Source: Shigella phage ESh17. From it: a stretch of DNA of 64,000 nt. Where the stretch lies: sequence record ON528727, one strand, 5' to 3'. Below, in pieces: positions 9,170 to 20,655 of this stretch; positions within the stretch are counted from its first letter, which is position 1, and each line of letters begins with the position of its first letter. The position numbers and the translations under genes were made by a program. Under the pieces are notes generated by a model. It was not told the origin of the DNA, ran no database searches, and worked only from the letters and a program-made list of their open reading frames with translations.

Positions 9170-11424
9170 TTAATGTTATCAAAAGTAGTGGTGTTTCTCA
9201 GAGCTTTGACCCGCAAAAAATTATTAAAGTTTTATCTTGGGCAGCTGAAGGAACATCAGTAGATCCTTATGAATTATATGAAAACATTAAATCTTATCTC
9301 CGTGATGGAATGACAACTGATGATATTCAGACTATTGTCATTAAGGCTGCTGCGAATTCTATTTCGGTTGAAGAACCTGATTATCAATATGTAGCTGCAC
9401 GCTGTTTAATGTTTGCTCTTCGTAAGCATGTTTACGGGCAGTATGAACCGCGTTCATTTATTGACCATATTTCTTACTGTGTAAATGAAGGTAAATATGA
9501 CCCTGAATTATTGTCAAAATATTCAGCAGAAGAAATTACATTTTTAGAATCAAAAATTAAGCACGAGCGGGATATGGAATTTACTTATTCCGGGGCGATG
9601 CAATTAAAAGAAAAATATCTAGTTAAAGATAAAACCACTGGTCAAATTTATGAAACTCCACAGTTTGCGTTTATGGCTATTGGAATGGCACTGCATCAAG
9701 ATGAACCTGTTGATAGATTAAAACATGTTATCCGTTTTTATGAAGCAGTATCAACCCGACAGATTTCATTGCCAACTCCTATTATGGCTGGTTGTCGTAC
9801 TCCGACTCGACAGTTCAGTTCATGTGTTGTTATTGAGGCAGGAGATTCGTTGAAGTCTATCAATAAGGCTTCCGCTTCAATTGTTGAATATATCTCTAAA
9901 CGCGCTGGAATTGGTATTAATGTTGGTATGATTCGTGCCGAAGGTTCTAAGATTGGCATGGGTGAAGTACGCCATACTGGTGTTATTCCTTTTTGGAAAC
10001 ATTTTCAGACTGCAGTTAAATCATGTTCACAGGGTGGAATTCGTGGCGGCGCTGCTACTGCTTATTATCCTATTTGGCATTTGGAAGTTGAAAATCTTCT
10101 CGTTTTGAAAAATAACAAAGGCGTAGAAGAAAACCGCATCCGTCATATGGATTATGGTGTTCAGTTGAATGATTTGATGATGGAACGATTTGGAAAGAAC
10201 GATTACATTACTTTGTTCAGTCCGCATGAAATGGGTGGCGAGCTTTATTATTCTTATTTTAAAGACCAAGACCGTTTCCGTGAATTATACGAAGCAGCAG
10301 AAAAAGACCCTAATATTCGTAAAAAGCGTATTAAAGCCCGTGAACTATTTGAATTGCTCATGACTGAACGTTCAGGAACAGCAAGGATTTATGTACAGTT
10401 CATTGATAATACGAATAACTATACTCCGTTTATTCGTGAAAAGGCACCTATTCGTCAAAGTAACTTGTGCTGTGAAATTGCTATTCCAACAAATGATGTG
10501 AATAGCCCTGATGCTGAAATTGGGTTGTGTACTCTCTCTGCATTTGTGTTGGATAACTTCGATTGGCAAGACCAAGATAAAATTAATGAATTGGCAGAAG
10601 TTCAAGTTCGTGCTCTTGATAATCTTTTGGATTACCAAGGATATCCAGTTCCTGAAGCAGAAAAAGCTAAAAAGCGTCGAAACCTTGGTGTAGGTGTTAC
10701 TAACTATGCAGCTTGGCTGGCAAGTAACTTTGCTTCTTATGAAGATGCTAACGATTTAACACATGAACTATTTGAGAGATTACAGTATGGACTCATTAAA
10801 GCATCCATTAATCTCGCCAAAGAAAAAGGACCTTGCGAATATTATTCAGACACTCGTTGGTCTCGAGGCGAATTACCTATCGACTGGTACAATAAAAAGA
10901 TTGACCAAATCGCAGCTCCAAAATACGTTTGTGACTGGTCGTCGCTGCGGGAAGACCTTAAGCTCTTTGGCATCCGTAATAGCACATTATCAGCACTTAT
11001 GCCATGTGAGTCATCTTCCCAAGTTTCTAACAGTACAAACGGTATCGAGCCTCCACGTGGACCAGTCTCTGTTAAAGAATCAAAAGAGGGCTCCTTTAAT
11101 CAAGTCGTGCCCAATATTGAGCATAACATAGACCTCTATGATTATACATGGAAATTAGCTAAGAAAGGTAATAAACCTTATCTTACGCAGGTAGCTATTA
11201 TGCTGAAATGGGTTTGTCAATCAGCTTCGGCGAATACATACTATGACCCGCAGATTTTTCCAAAAGGAAAGGTTCCAATGTCAATAATGATTGATGACCT
11301 TTTGTATTTTTGGTATTTTGGCGGAAAAAATTTCTATTATCATAATACCCGTGATGGTTCTGGTACTGATGATTATGAAATAGAAACTCCAAAAGCTGAA
11401 GATTGTTCATCCTGTAAATTATGA
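9160..11424 (+). CDS. nrdA: Aerobic ribonucleotide reductase large subunit
   Basis: 754 aa, ATP-cone N-terminus and class I RNR catalytic core. Confidence 0.97.
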   Translation: MQLINVIKSSGVSQSFDPQKIIKVLSWAAEGTSVDPYELYENIKSYLRDGMTTDDIQTIVIKAAANSISVEEPDYQYVAARCLMFALRKHVYGQYEPRSFIDHISYCVNEGKYDPELLSKYSAEEITFLESKIKHERDMEFTYSGAMQLKEKYLVKDKTTGQIYETPQFAFMAIGMALHQDEPVDRLKHVIRFYEAVSTRQISLPTPIMAGCRTPTRQFSSCVVIEAGDSLKSINKASASIVEYISKRAGIGINVGMIRAEGSKIGMGEVRHTGVIPFWKHFQTAVKSCSQGGIRGGAATAYYPIWHLEVENLLVLKNNKGVEENRIRHMDYGVQLNDLMMERFGKNDYITLFSPHEMGGELYYSYFKDQDRFRELYEAAEKDPNIRKKRIKARELFELLMTERSGTARIYVQFIDNTNNYTPFIREKAPIRQSNLCCEIAIPTNDVNSPDAEIGLCTLSAFVLDNFDWQDQDKINELAEVQVRALDNLLDYQGYPVPEAEKAKKRRNLGVGVTNYAAWLASNFASYEDANDLTHELFERLQYGLIKASINLAKEKGPCEYYSDTRWSRGELPIDWYNKKIDQIAAPKYVCDWSSLREDLKLFGIRNSTLSALMPCESSSQVSNSTNGIEPPRGPVSVKESKEGSFNQVVPNIEHNIDLYDYTWKLAKKGNKPYLTQVAIMLKWVCQSASANTYYDPQIFPKGKVPMSIMIDDLLYFWYFGGKNFYYHNTRDGSGTDDYEIETPKAEDCSSCKL

Positions 11425-11475
11425 TATAATTTGACTCACGGACGAGTCACCAACTATTAACTAAGCGGAAAATTT

Positions 11476-12654
11476 ATGAGCACAGTTTTTAATACAAATC
11501 CAGTTGATGTTTTAAAAGAACCTATGTTTTTTGGTTCAGGTCTTGGTATTGCGCGTTATGATATTCAACGTCATAAAGTTTTTGAAGATTTAACCGAAAA
11601 GCAATTATCATTTTTCTGGCGTCCTGAAGAAGTAAACTTGATGATGGATGCTGCACAGTTTAATAAGCTTCCTCAGTATCAGAAAAATATTTTTACTAAT
11701 AATCTGAAATATCAATCACTTTTGGATAGCATTCAGGGTCGTGCGCCGTCTGCTGTACTTATGTCATTAATTTCAGACCCAAGCCTTGATACATGGGTTG
11801 CTACGTGGACTTTTAGTGAAACTATTCACAGCCGTTCATATACACATATCATGCGAAATCTTTATACTGATCCATCGAAGGTGTTTGATGAGATTGTATT
11901 AGATGAAGCTATTATGAAACGTGCTGAATCCATTGGACGTTATTATGATGATGTTCTGATTAAAACTCGTTATTGGGAAAACGCTAAAGCTGATATCAAA
12001 TACCAAAAAGAAATTAATGCAGACGAAGACGTTATTGAAGATGCTATTGAGCATGAGACATATTGGAAGCATGAGCTAATGAAATCTCTTTACCTCTGTT
12101 TGCATGTAATCAACGCATTGGAAGCTATTCGTTTTTATGTATCTTTCGCATGTACCTTTAACTTCCATAAAAACATGGAAATCATGGAAGGTAATGCCAA
12201 GATTATGAAGTTCATTGCGCGCGATGAGCAACTTCACCTTAAAGGCACTCAATATATTATTCGTCAGCTTCAATCCGGTACTGATGGTGATGAATGGGTT
12301 AAAATTGCTCAAGAGTGTGAACAAGAAGCAGTTGATATTTTCATGGAAGTTAACCGCCAAGAAAAAGATTGGGCGGTTCATTTATTTAAAGATGGCGATG
12401 TTCCTGGATTAAATACAAATAGCATGTGGAGCTTTATTGATTACTTAACTGTATCTCGTATGAAACAGTGTGGTCTTCCATGCCCAATTACCGATGCTCC
12501 GGTTAAACATCCATATCCTTGGATTCGTGAATATCTTAATTCTGATAATGTTCAATCCGCGCCACAAGAAGTAGAACTGTCATCTTATCTTGTTGCACAG
12601 ATTGATAATGATGTTGATGATAAAGTTATGATGAGTTTTAAAAAATATTTTTAA
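11476..12654 (+). CDS. nrdB: Aerobic ribonucleotide reductase small subunit (uninterrupted)
   Basis: 392 aa MSTVFNTNPVDVLKEPMFFGSG..., continuous ORF. Confidence 0.96.
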   Translation: MSTVFNTNPVDVLKEPMFFGSGLGIARYDIQRHKVFEDLTEKQLSFFWRPEEVNLMMDAAQFNKLPQYQKNIFTNNLKYQSLLDSIQGRAPSAVLMSLISDPSLDTWVATWTFSETIHSRSYTHIMRNLYTDPSKVFDEIVLDEAIMKRAESIGRYYDDVLIKTRYWENAKADIKYQKEINADEDVIEDAIEHETYWKHELMKSLYLCLHVINALEAIRFYVSFACTFNFHKNMEIMEGNAKIMKFIARDEQLHLKGTQYIIRQLQSGTDGDEWVKIAQECEQEAVDIFMEVNRQEKDWAVHLFKDGDVPGLNTNSMWSFIDYLTVSRMKQCGLPCPITDAPVKHPYPWIREYLNSDNVQSAPQEVELSSYLVAQIDNDVDDKVMMSFKKYF

Positions 12655-12659
12655 GGAGT

Positions 12660-12678
12660 GGGCCGCAAGGCCCATTTT
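12660..12678 (+). terminator. Hairpin/terminator between nrdB and denA
   Basis: GGGCC-gcaa-GGCCC then ATTTT, just before denA ATG. Confidence 0.5.
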
Positions 12679-12681
12679 ATT

Positions 12682-14269
<1,588 letters not shown>

Positions 14270-14272
14270 GCT

Positions 14273-14326
14273 GTTTACAAGTCCCTCGTGTTGTGTTATA
14301 GTAGTCTTACTGACATAACATGAGGA
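14273..14326 (+). repeat. 54 bp promoter/leader cassette, copy 1 (upstream of alc)
   Basis: GTTTACAAGTCCCTCGTGTTGTGTTA...TTACTGACATAACATGAGGA nearly identical to 29620-29673. Confidence 0.7.
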
Positions 14327-14330
14327 CTTT

Positions 14331-14837
14331 ATGATGGATTTGCAGCTTATTACTACTGAAATGGTCGTTGAAGCATACGGTGATACTACAGATGGGATTT
14401 CTGTATTCAAAGGAAATCGTCGAGTTGGATATATCACCGATCTTAAGAAAGATTTAGCTAAGCAAGTCAAGCGGAAAACGACCATTAAAGAATATCGAAA
14501 TCGTCGTCTTGAGCAAGCTCGTGATATGCTTCCTGATGCGGTTGAAGAGATGAAAGTCTTTTTAGAAAATCAACTCGCTAAGTATGATTGTGATGTGTTC
14601 ATTAATCAGACTCAACCTAATGTTCATATTAACAACTGTAAATGCTATATCATCGTTAATCCTTTAACGGGAAAACATCGTCTTGGAATTAGTAATCCAA
14701 ATCGTAGCGCATCGGATATGGCAGAAGATGTTGAGGCATGCTTTAAAATTTCTAAATCTCCTGCTGAACATCATATTTTAATTAACGGTCTTTCTCAAGA
14801 CGATATTATAGAGGTTATTAAAACTTTATGCAATTAA
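14331..14837 (+). CDS. alc: Alc, inhibitor of host transcription on cytosine DNA
   Basis: 168 aa ORF at alc position between rnlA and pseT cluster; recalled T4 Alc size about 167 aa. Confidence 0.75.
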   Translation: MMDLQLITTEMVVEAYGDTTDGISVFKGNRRVGYITDLKKDLAKQVKRKTTIKEYRNRRLEQARDMLPDAVEEMKVFLENQLAKYDCDVFINQTQPNVHINNCKCYIIVNPLTGKHRLGISNPNRSASDMAEDVEACFKISKSPAEHHILINGLSQDDIIEVIKTLCN

Positions 14838-15181
14838 GTAATACGACAGCAGGTTTGCTATTACTTGTAATAGTATTTGGCGGAACATCTATTATTTTAA
14901 AAAATAAGGTAGAAAGATTAGAAACATCGGTTACTGAAATTACAAAAACGGCCAATGAAAACGCCTTAGCATTAAATAATTTGCGAATTCAGTATAATTA
15001 TATTGATGCGATGAATAATAAAAATCGTGAGGCAATTGCTGCTATTGAGCGTGAAAATGAAAAACTGCGCAAAGACGCAAAGAAGGCGGATGTGGTGGCT
15101 CATAAGCCAGGATTGGTTGAAAAACAAATCAACAACTCCTTCAACAAGTTCGCAGAAGACATCCAGGACCTTTCTAAATGA
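14828..15181 (+). CDS. Hypothetical membrane-anchored coiled-coil protein (pseT.3 position)
   Basis: N-terminal hydrophobic segment LLLLVIVFGGTSIIL then charged helical region. Confidence 0.6.
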   Translation: MQLSNTTAGLLLLVIVFGGTSIILKNKVERLETSVTEITKTANENALALNNLRIQYNYIDAMNNKNREAIAAIERENEKLRKDAKKADVVAHKPGLVEKQINNSFNKFAEDIQDLSK

Positions 15182-15477
15182 TTAAACTATCAGCAGTAAT
15201 ATTATCTATTGGTCTTCTAGTTGGTTGTTCTACAAAGCCTCTAGAAGTAAAGAAAGAAACAGTTCATCCTAATTGGCCTGTACAAATAAAGTCATATGAC
15301 GAAGCTAAACTATCTTGGCAAGTTAAAGTTATCGATGGTAAAGCTTGGGTCGGTATGCCATTTGAAGATTCTCAGGAATTTCGTATTTGGCTTAATGATG
15401 TAAAACGATATGTACATGACCAGAAAACTATGATATGCTATTATCGTCAAGAGTTAAAAGAGGATAAATGTAAATGA
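15178..15477 (+). CDS. Hypothetical lipoprotein (pseT.2 position)
   Basis: Signal peptide with lipobox LLVGC. Confidence 0.6.
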   Translation: MIKLSAVILSIGLLVGCSTKPLEVKKETVHPNWPVQIKSYDEAKLSWQVKVIDGKAWVGMPFEDSQEFRIWLNDVKRYVHDQKTMICYYRQELKEDKCK

Positions 15478-15701
15478 TTTCATGGCATCAATTTGAACAT
15501 CTCAAAGGATTGATTTATGAATCCGAGATGGCTGCAATGATTTATGGACGCCAGATTCAGCGGTTAGAATCTTTACCTCCAACTAATGATGTTTTATTAG
15601 CTCAATCACGTGCTAATCTCAAAAATGAATATCAAAATAAGTGGGGTAAAGCATCTAAAGACCTGTATGATTATATTCAATCATTGGTTGAGGAAAAATA
15701 A
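15474..15701 (+). CDS. Hypothetical protein
   Basis: 75 aa ORF, ATGA overlap with upstream gene. Confidence 0.55.
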   Translation: MISWHQFEHLKGLIYESEMAAMIYGRQIQRLESLPPTNDVLLAQSRANLKNEYQNKWGKASKDLYDYIQSLVEEK

Positions 15702-16908
<1,207 letters not shown>

Positions 16909-16909
<1 letters not shown>

Positions 16910-17106
16910 TGGCTTTGCACCATGAAACTTGGGCTATTATTATTGTAAATAGTGGTTTAGTCGGTACTAGTAATGGACAATTTTGTGTATTCACTAGTGA
17001 AATCAGAGCATGGGAGGAATGTCTTAAATTAAGAGAAAAGAATCCCGATGTTGAACTAACAGTAAAGAAAACTAAACTGCCTTTACCATGGAAAACTTAT
17101 GAATAA
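16909..17106 (+). CDS. Hypothetical protein (cd.x cluster)
   Basis: ATG overlapping pseT stop (TAATG); track ORF begins at 16879 inside pseT. Confidence 0.5.
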
Positions 17107-17299
17107 CCTAGAAAAGATTTATCGTCTTTGTGATAAAATTGAAAAAGAAAAGAAATATCTATTTTGTCTATGGCCTATTGTTAACGGAAGATTAGGCCTA
17201 GATGTTCTTGATTATGAAACAGAAGACAAAGTAGATGGTTCAACTTTTGATAATGCATTGGATGTTATTGATTGGCTTGAAGAAAATTATGTGAGGTAA
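17099..17299 (+). CDS. Hypothetical protein (cd.x cluster)
   Basis: 66 aa ORF overlapping neighbours. Confidence 0.5.
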   Translation: MNNLEKIYRLCDKIEKEKKYLFCLWPIVNGRLGLDVLDYETEDKVDGSTFDNALDVIDWLEENYVR

Positions 17300-17301
17300 A
17301 T

Positions 17302-17577
17302 ATGTTTCCGACTTATTCTAAAATCGTAGAAGTAGTGTTTAGCCAAATTATTGCTAATAATATGTTTGAAAAGCTTGATAACGCAGCCGAGCTTCGAATT
17401 CATGCTCAAGTGACTCATGTATTGAACACTTTGCTTCCAGACCAGGTGGATTCTATTGCAATTACGCTATATCCAGGTTCCGCGCATATCATTGTTGTAT
17501 TCGGTCTTGATGCTGAGTTAGTTATCAAAGGCGACATTCGTTTTGAATCGCAGACAGCAGAATTCAAAGCAATTTAA
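17302..17577 (+). CDS. Hypothetical protein (cd.x cluster)
   Basis: 91 aa ORF, SD GAGG. Confidence 0.55.
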   Translation: MFPTYSKIVEVVFSQIIANNMFEKLDNAAELRIHAQVTHVLNTLLPDQVDSIAITLYPGSAHIIVVFGLDAELVIKGDIRFESQTAEFKAI

Positions 17578-17579
17578 TA

Positions 17580-17609
17580 GTTTACTTTACGGTAGAGTTG
17601 TGATATTAT
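17580..17609 (+). promoter_or_regulatory. Early promoter with dyad symmetry GGTAGAG/CTCTACC
   Basis: GTTTACT, 18 nt, TATTAT; inverted repeat 17591-17597/17612-17618. Confidence 0.5.
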
Positions 17610-17638
17610 AGCTCTACCAAACAAATGAGGAAAACAAA

Positions 17639-17878
17639 ATGCTGCTAAGTGAAAAACCAATTACTGTTAAAGAATTCCAAGAAAAAGTTAAACTATTTGC
17701 GCAGGAATTAGTAAATAAGGTTTCTGAACGATTTCCTGAAACATCGGTTCGTGTTATTACCGAAACTCCTCGTTCAGTATTAGTAATTGTGAATCCAGGT
17801 GATGGCGATCAAATATCGCATCTTAAATTGGATTTTGATGGATTAGTTGAAGCACAAAGGGTGTATGGCGTACTATGA
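17639..17878 (+). CDS. Hypothetical protein (cd.x cluster)
   Basis: 79 aa ORF downstream of early promoter, SD GAGG. Confidence 0.55.
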   Translation: MLLSEKPITVKEFQEKVKLFAQELVNKVSERFPETSVRVITETPRSVLVIVNPGDGDQISHLKLDFDGLVEAQRVYGVL

Positions 17879-18213
17879 TGAATTTAACTGATATAATTGA
17901 TAATTGTCTTGAAAATGATGCTGGCGATCATAGAGCGCTTGATTCTGAAACAGCACAGTTCATTAGAATAACTTTAATGAATGATACTCTGGTGAATAGT
18001 ATTCATCCTTCTGTGTATGATGCTATTATTGTGACGAAGTATCCAGTTGAGCTTCACAAAAAGATGGTTGGCGCAATTTTTATTGATAAGAAAAACCGCT
18101 TTAAAGATGGGCAGAATATAATTAGTTCTGTTATTAAAAGTATAACTAAACTTCGTCACGAAATTTATCGTGTTGAAACTGCTAAATCTGCTTATCTGGT
18201 GATTATGAAATGA
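17875..18213 (+). CDS. Hypothetical protein (cd.x cluster)
   Basis: 112 aa ORF, ATGA overlaps on both sides. Confidence 0.55.
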   Translation: MMNLTDIIDNCLENDAGDHRALDSETAQFIRITLMNDTLVNSIHPSVYDAIIVTKYPVELHKKMVGAIFIDKKNRFKDGQNIISSVIKSITKLRHEIYRVETAKSAYLVIMK

Positions 18214-18791
18214 AAGCGAGTACAGTACTTCAAATTGCATATTTAGTATCACAGGAATCAAAATGTTGCTCCTGGAAGGTAGGAGCAGTAATTGAAAAGA
18301 ATGGACGTATTATTTCTACTGGGTATAATGGTTCCCCAGCAGGGGGTGTGAACTGTTGTGATTATGCTGCTGAGCAAGGTTGGTTGTTGAATAAGCCTAA
18401 ACACACTATCATTCAAGGTCATAAGCCTGAATGCGTATCATTTGGTTCAACTGATCGTTTTGTTTTGGCGAAAGAACATCGTAGCGCTCACTCTGAATGG
18501 TCGTCTAAAAATGAAATTCATGCTGAACTAAATGCAATTTTGTTTGCTGCACGAAATGGTTCTTCTATTGAAGGTGCTACTATGTATGTAACACTTTCTC
18601 CTTGCCCAGATTGCGCAAAAGCAATAGCTCAATCTGGTATTAAAAAGCTGGTTTATTGCGAAACATATGATAAAAATAAACCTGGCTGGGATGATATTCT
18701 GCGAAATGCAGGTATTGAAGTGTTTAATGTTCCTAAGAAAAACTTGAATAAGTTAAATTGGGAAAATATCAACGAATTCTGTGGTGAATAA
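18210..18791 (+). CDS. cd: dCMP deaminase
   Basis: 193 aa with zinc-binding deaminase motifs HAELNA and PCPDC. Confidence 0.95.
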   Translation: MKASTVLQIAYLVSQESKCCSWKVGAVIEKNGRIISTGYNGSPAGGVNCCDYAAEQGWLLNKPKHTIIQGHKPECVSFGSTDRFVLAKEHRSAHSEWSSKNEIHAELNAILFAARNGSSIEGATMYVTLSPCPDCAKAIAQSGIKKLVYCETYDKNKPGWDDILRNAGIEVFNVPKKNLNKLNWENINEFCGE

Positions 18792-19027
18792 TGAAATTTC
18801 GTTTGGTAAAGCTTACAGCAATTAGTTCTTATTCTAACGAGAACATCTCATTTGCTGTAGAGTATAAGAAATATTTTTTCTCTAAATGGAAACAGTATTA
18901 TAAAACTGATTGGACTAGTATTGATAGACCGTATAGTTGGAAATCTGATTTAGAAAAATGCCAAAAATTACTTTCCACCCTTAAAGAACGTGGAACAACT
19001 CATATTAAAACTGTAATAGGTAAATAA
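18791..19027 (+). CDS. Hypothetical protein (31.2 position)
   Basis: 78 aa ORF, TAATG overlap with cd. Confidence 0.55.
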   Translation: MKFRLVKLTAISSYSNENISFAVEYKKYFFSKWKQYYKTDWTSIDRPYSWKSDLEKCQKLLSTLKERGTTHIKTVIGK

Positions 19028-19336
19028 ATGAAACTGACAACTGAGCAGAAAGTAGCAATTCGTGAAATTTTGAAAACTAAACTGTCCATGGGTGTTTCAA
19101 ACGTAGTTTTTGAAAAGTCTGACGGTACTATTCGTACTATGAAAGGTACTCGTGATGCAGACTTTATGCCAACCATGCAAACTGGTAAATTGACTGAATC
19201 TACTCGGAAAGAATCTACTGACATGATTCCAGTATTTGATGTTGAGCTTGGTGCGTGGCGAGGTTTTTCTATTGACAAATTGATTTCCGTTAATGGTATG
19301 AAAGTTGAGCATTTGCTTCAATTTATTGGTAAATAA
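19028..19336 (+). CDS. Hypothetical protein (31.1 position)
   Basis: 102 aa ORF. Confidence 0.55.
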   Translation: MKLTTEQKVAIREILKTKLSMGVSNVVFEKSDGTIRTMKGTRDADFMPTMQTGKLTESTRKESTDMIPVFDVELGAWRGFSIDKLISVNGMKVEHLLQFIGK

Positions 19337-19392
19337 ATGCTTTAAGAATTATTTGTTATTATTAATTCATCTGTTAACAAAAAGGAAAAACG

Positions 19393-19728
19393 ATGTCTGA
19401 AGTACAACAGCTACCAATTCGTGCTGTCGGTGAATATGTTATTTTAGTTTCTGAACCTGCACAAGCCGGTGATGAAGAAGTTACAGAATCAGGACTTATT
19501 ATCGGTAAACGTGTTCAAGGTGAAGTTCCTGAACTGTGTGTAATTCACTCTGTTGGTCCTGATGTTCCTGAAGGTTTCTGTGAAGTTGGTGATTTGACTT
19601 CTCTTCCAGTTGGTCAAATTCGAAACGTTCCACATCCTTTTGTAGCTCTGGGTCTTAAGCAGCCAAAAGAAATTAAGCAAAAATTCGTTACCTGTCACTA
19701 TAAAGCTATTCCGTGTCTTTATAAGTGA
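19393..19728 (+). CDS. 31: Co-chaperonin gp31 (GroES analogue)
   Basis: 111 aa [29 protein letters not shown]... Confidence 0.92.
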   Translation: MSEVQQLPIRAVGEYVILVSEPAQAGDEEVTESGLIIGKRVQGEVPELCVIHSVGPDVPEGFCEVGDLTSLPVGQIRNVPHPFVALGLKQPKEIKQKFVTCHYKAIPCLYK

Positions 19729-19875
19729 TATAAATAATAATATGAATTGGGTGTCGGAATAATAAGTTAACCGAACAATTCTATGTGGTAGTCTACAACT
19801 GAGAGATCTGTCGAAAGAAGATGAAATTCAGAAGAACGTGACTACCGAGTTTTAATCTCTAACGAGAATTTTTAA

Positions 19876-20124
19876 ATGATTAAACAATTACAACACGCTC
19901 TTGAACTGCAACGAAACGCATGGAATAATGGTCACGAAAACTATGGCGCATCTATTGATGTTGAAGCCGAAGCTCTTGAAATCCTGCGTTATTTTAAACA
20001 TCTGAATCCTGCTCAAACTGCATTAGCTGCTGAGCTTCAGGAAAAAGATGAACTTAAATATGCTAAGCCTCTGGCTTCTGCTGCACGAAAAGCAGTTCGT
20101 CACTTTGTGGTAACACTGAAGTAA
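19876..20124 (+). CDS. rIII: rIII lysis-inhibition accessory protein
   Basis: 82 aa MIKQLQHALELQRNAWNNGHENYG... Confidence 0.88.
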   Translation: MIKQLQHALELQRNAWNNGHENYGASIDVEAEALEILRYFKHLNPAQTALAAELQEKDELKYAKPLASAARKAVRHFVVTLK

Positions 20125-20368
20125 TTTATTGGAGATTCACTGCCTTAGTGTGAGCTAAAATCGAGGAGCCGTCGAACTGTCTGATTAATGATTTGCGAAT
20201 CATTATAGTTTTAAGACCCCGGCAGTTTTACGGTGTACCTCTTGAATGTGAATGATGACGGGTTTATGGTTATCCTGTCGGTAAATATACAAAACCTAAG
20301 TACCCCCTTGAGGGCTTGCGCAGGCAATGCCAATAAGTCCTGCATTTTCATTTAAAAGAGAATTTATA

Positions 20369-20545
20369 ATGGCAAAACAAGTTAAAGCAAAGAAAGCAGT
20401 TGAAAAGAAAGTTGGTGATTCTAAACGCGCTGGCTACAAGCGTGGGTCGAACTCTCGTATCAATCAAACTGTTGAGAAGATCATGCGCCGAGCACGTGCG
20501 GTTCTTCGAGATGATGCTTCTCGTTTTGGTAAGCAGAAAGCATAA
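20369..20545 (+). CDS. Small highly basic hypothetical protein (30.9 position)
   Basis: 58 aa MAKQVKAKKAVEKKVGDSKRAGYKRG..., followed by strong terminator. Confidence 0.5.
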   Translation: MAKQVKAKKAVEKKVGDSKRAGYKRGSNSRINQTVEKIMRRARAVLRDDASRFGKQKA

Positions 20546-20550
20546 GTTGA

Positions 20551-20574
20551 GGACTCCTTCGGGAGTCCTTTTTT
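20551..20574 (+). terminator. Intrinsic terminator after 30.9-position ORF
   Basis: GGACTCC-ttcg-GGAGTCC then TTTTTT. Confidence 0.8.
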
Positions 20575-20598
20575 ATTTTCCAAAGATTGCATAAAGTT

Positions 20599-20628
20599 GT
20601 TTACAGTATAGTTCCTTTGTGATAGTAT
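20599..20628 (+). promoter_or_regulatory. Early promoter
   Basis: GTTTACA, 18 nt, TAGTAT; CCTTTGT 20614-20620 is complementary to ACAAAGG at the SD. Confidence 0.5.
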
Positions 20629-20655
20629 TATCTTACACAAACAAAGGAGAATAAA

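Noticed and set aside
9738-11410. Multiple short ORFs on both strands inside nrdA
   Set aside because: Alternative-frame or antisense ORFs within a clearly coding ribonucleotide reductase gene.
11476-12654. Looked for the nrdB intron / I-TevIII
   Set aside because: nrdB is continuous; the GIY-YIG-like ORF immediately downstream is denA, not an intron endonuclease.
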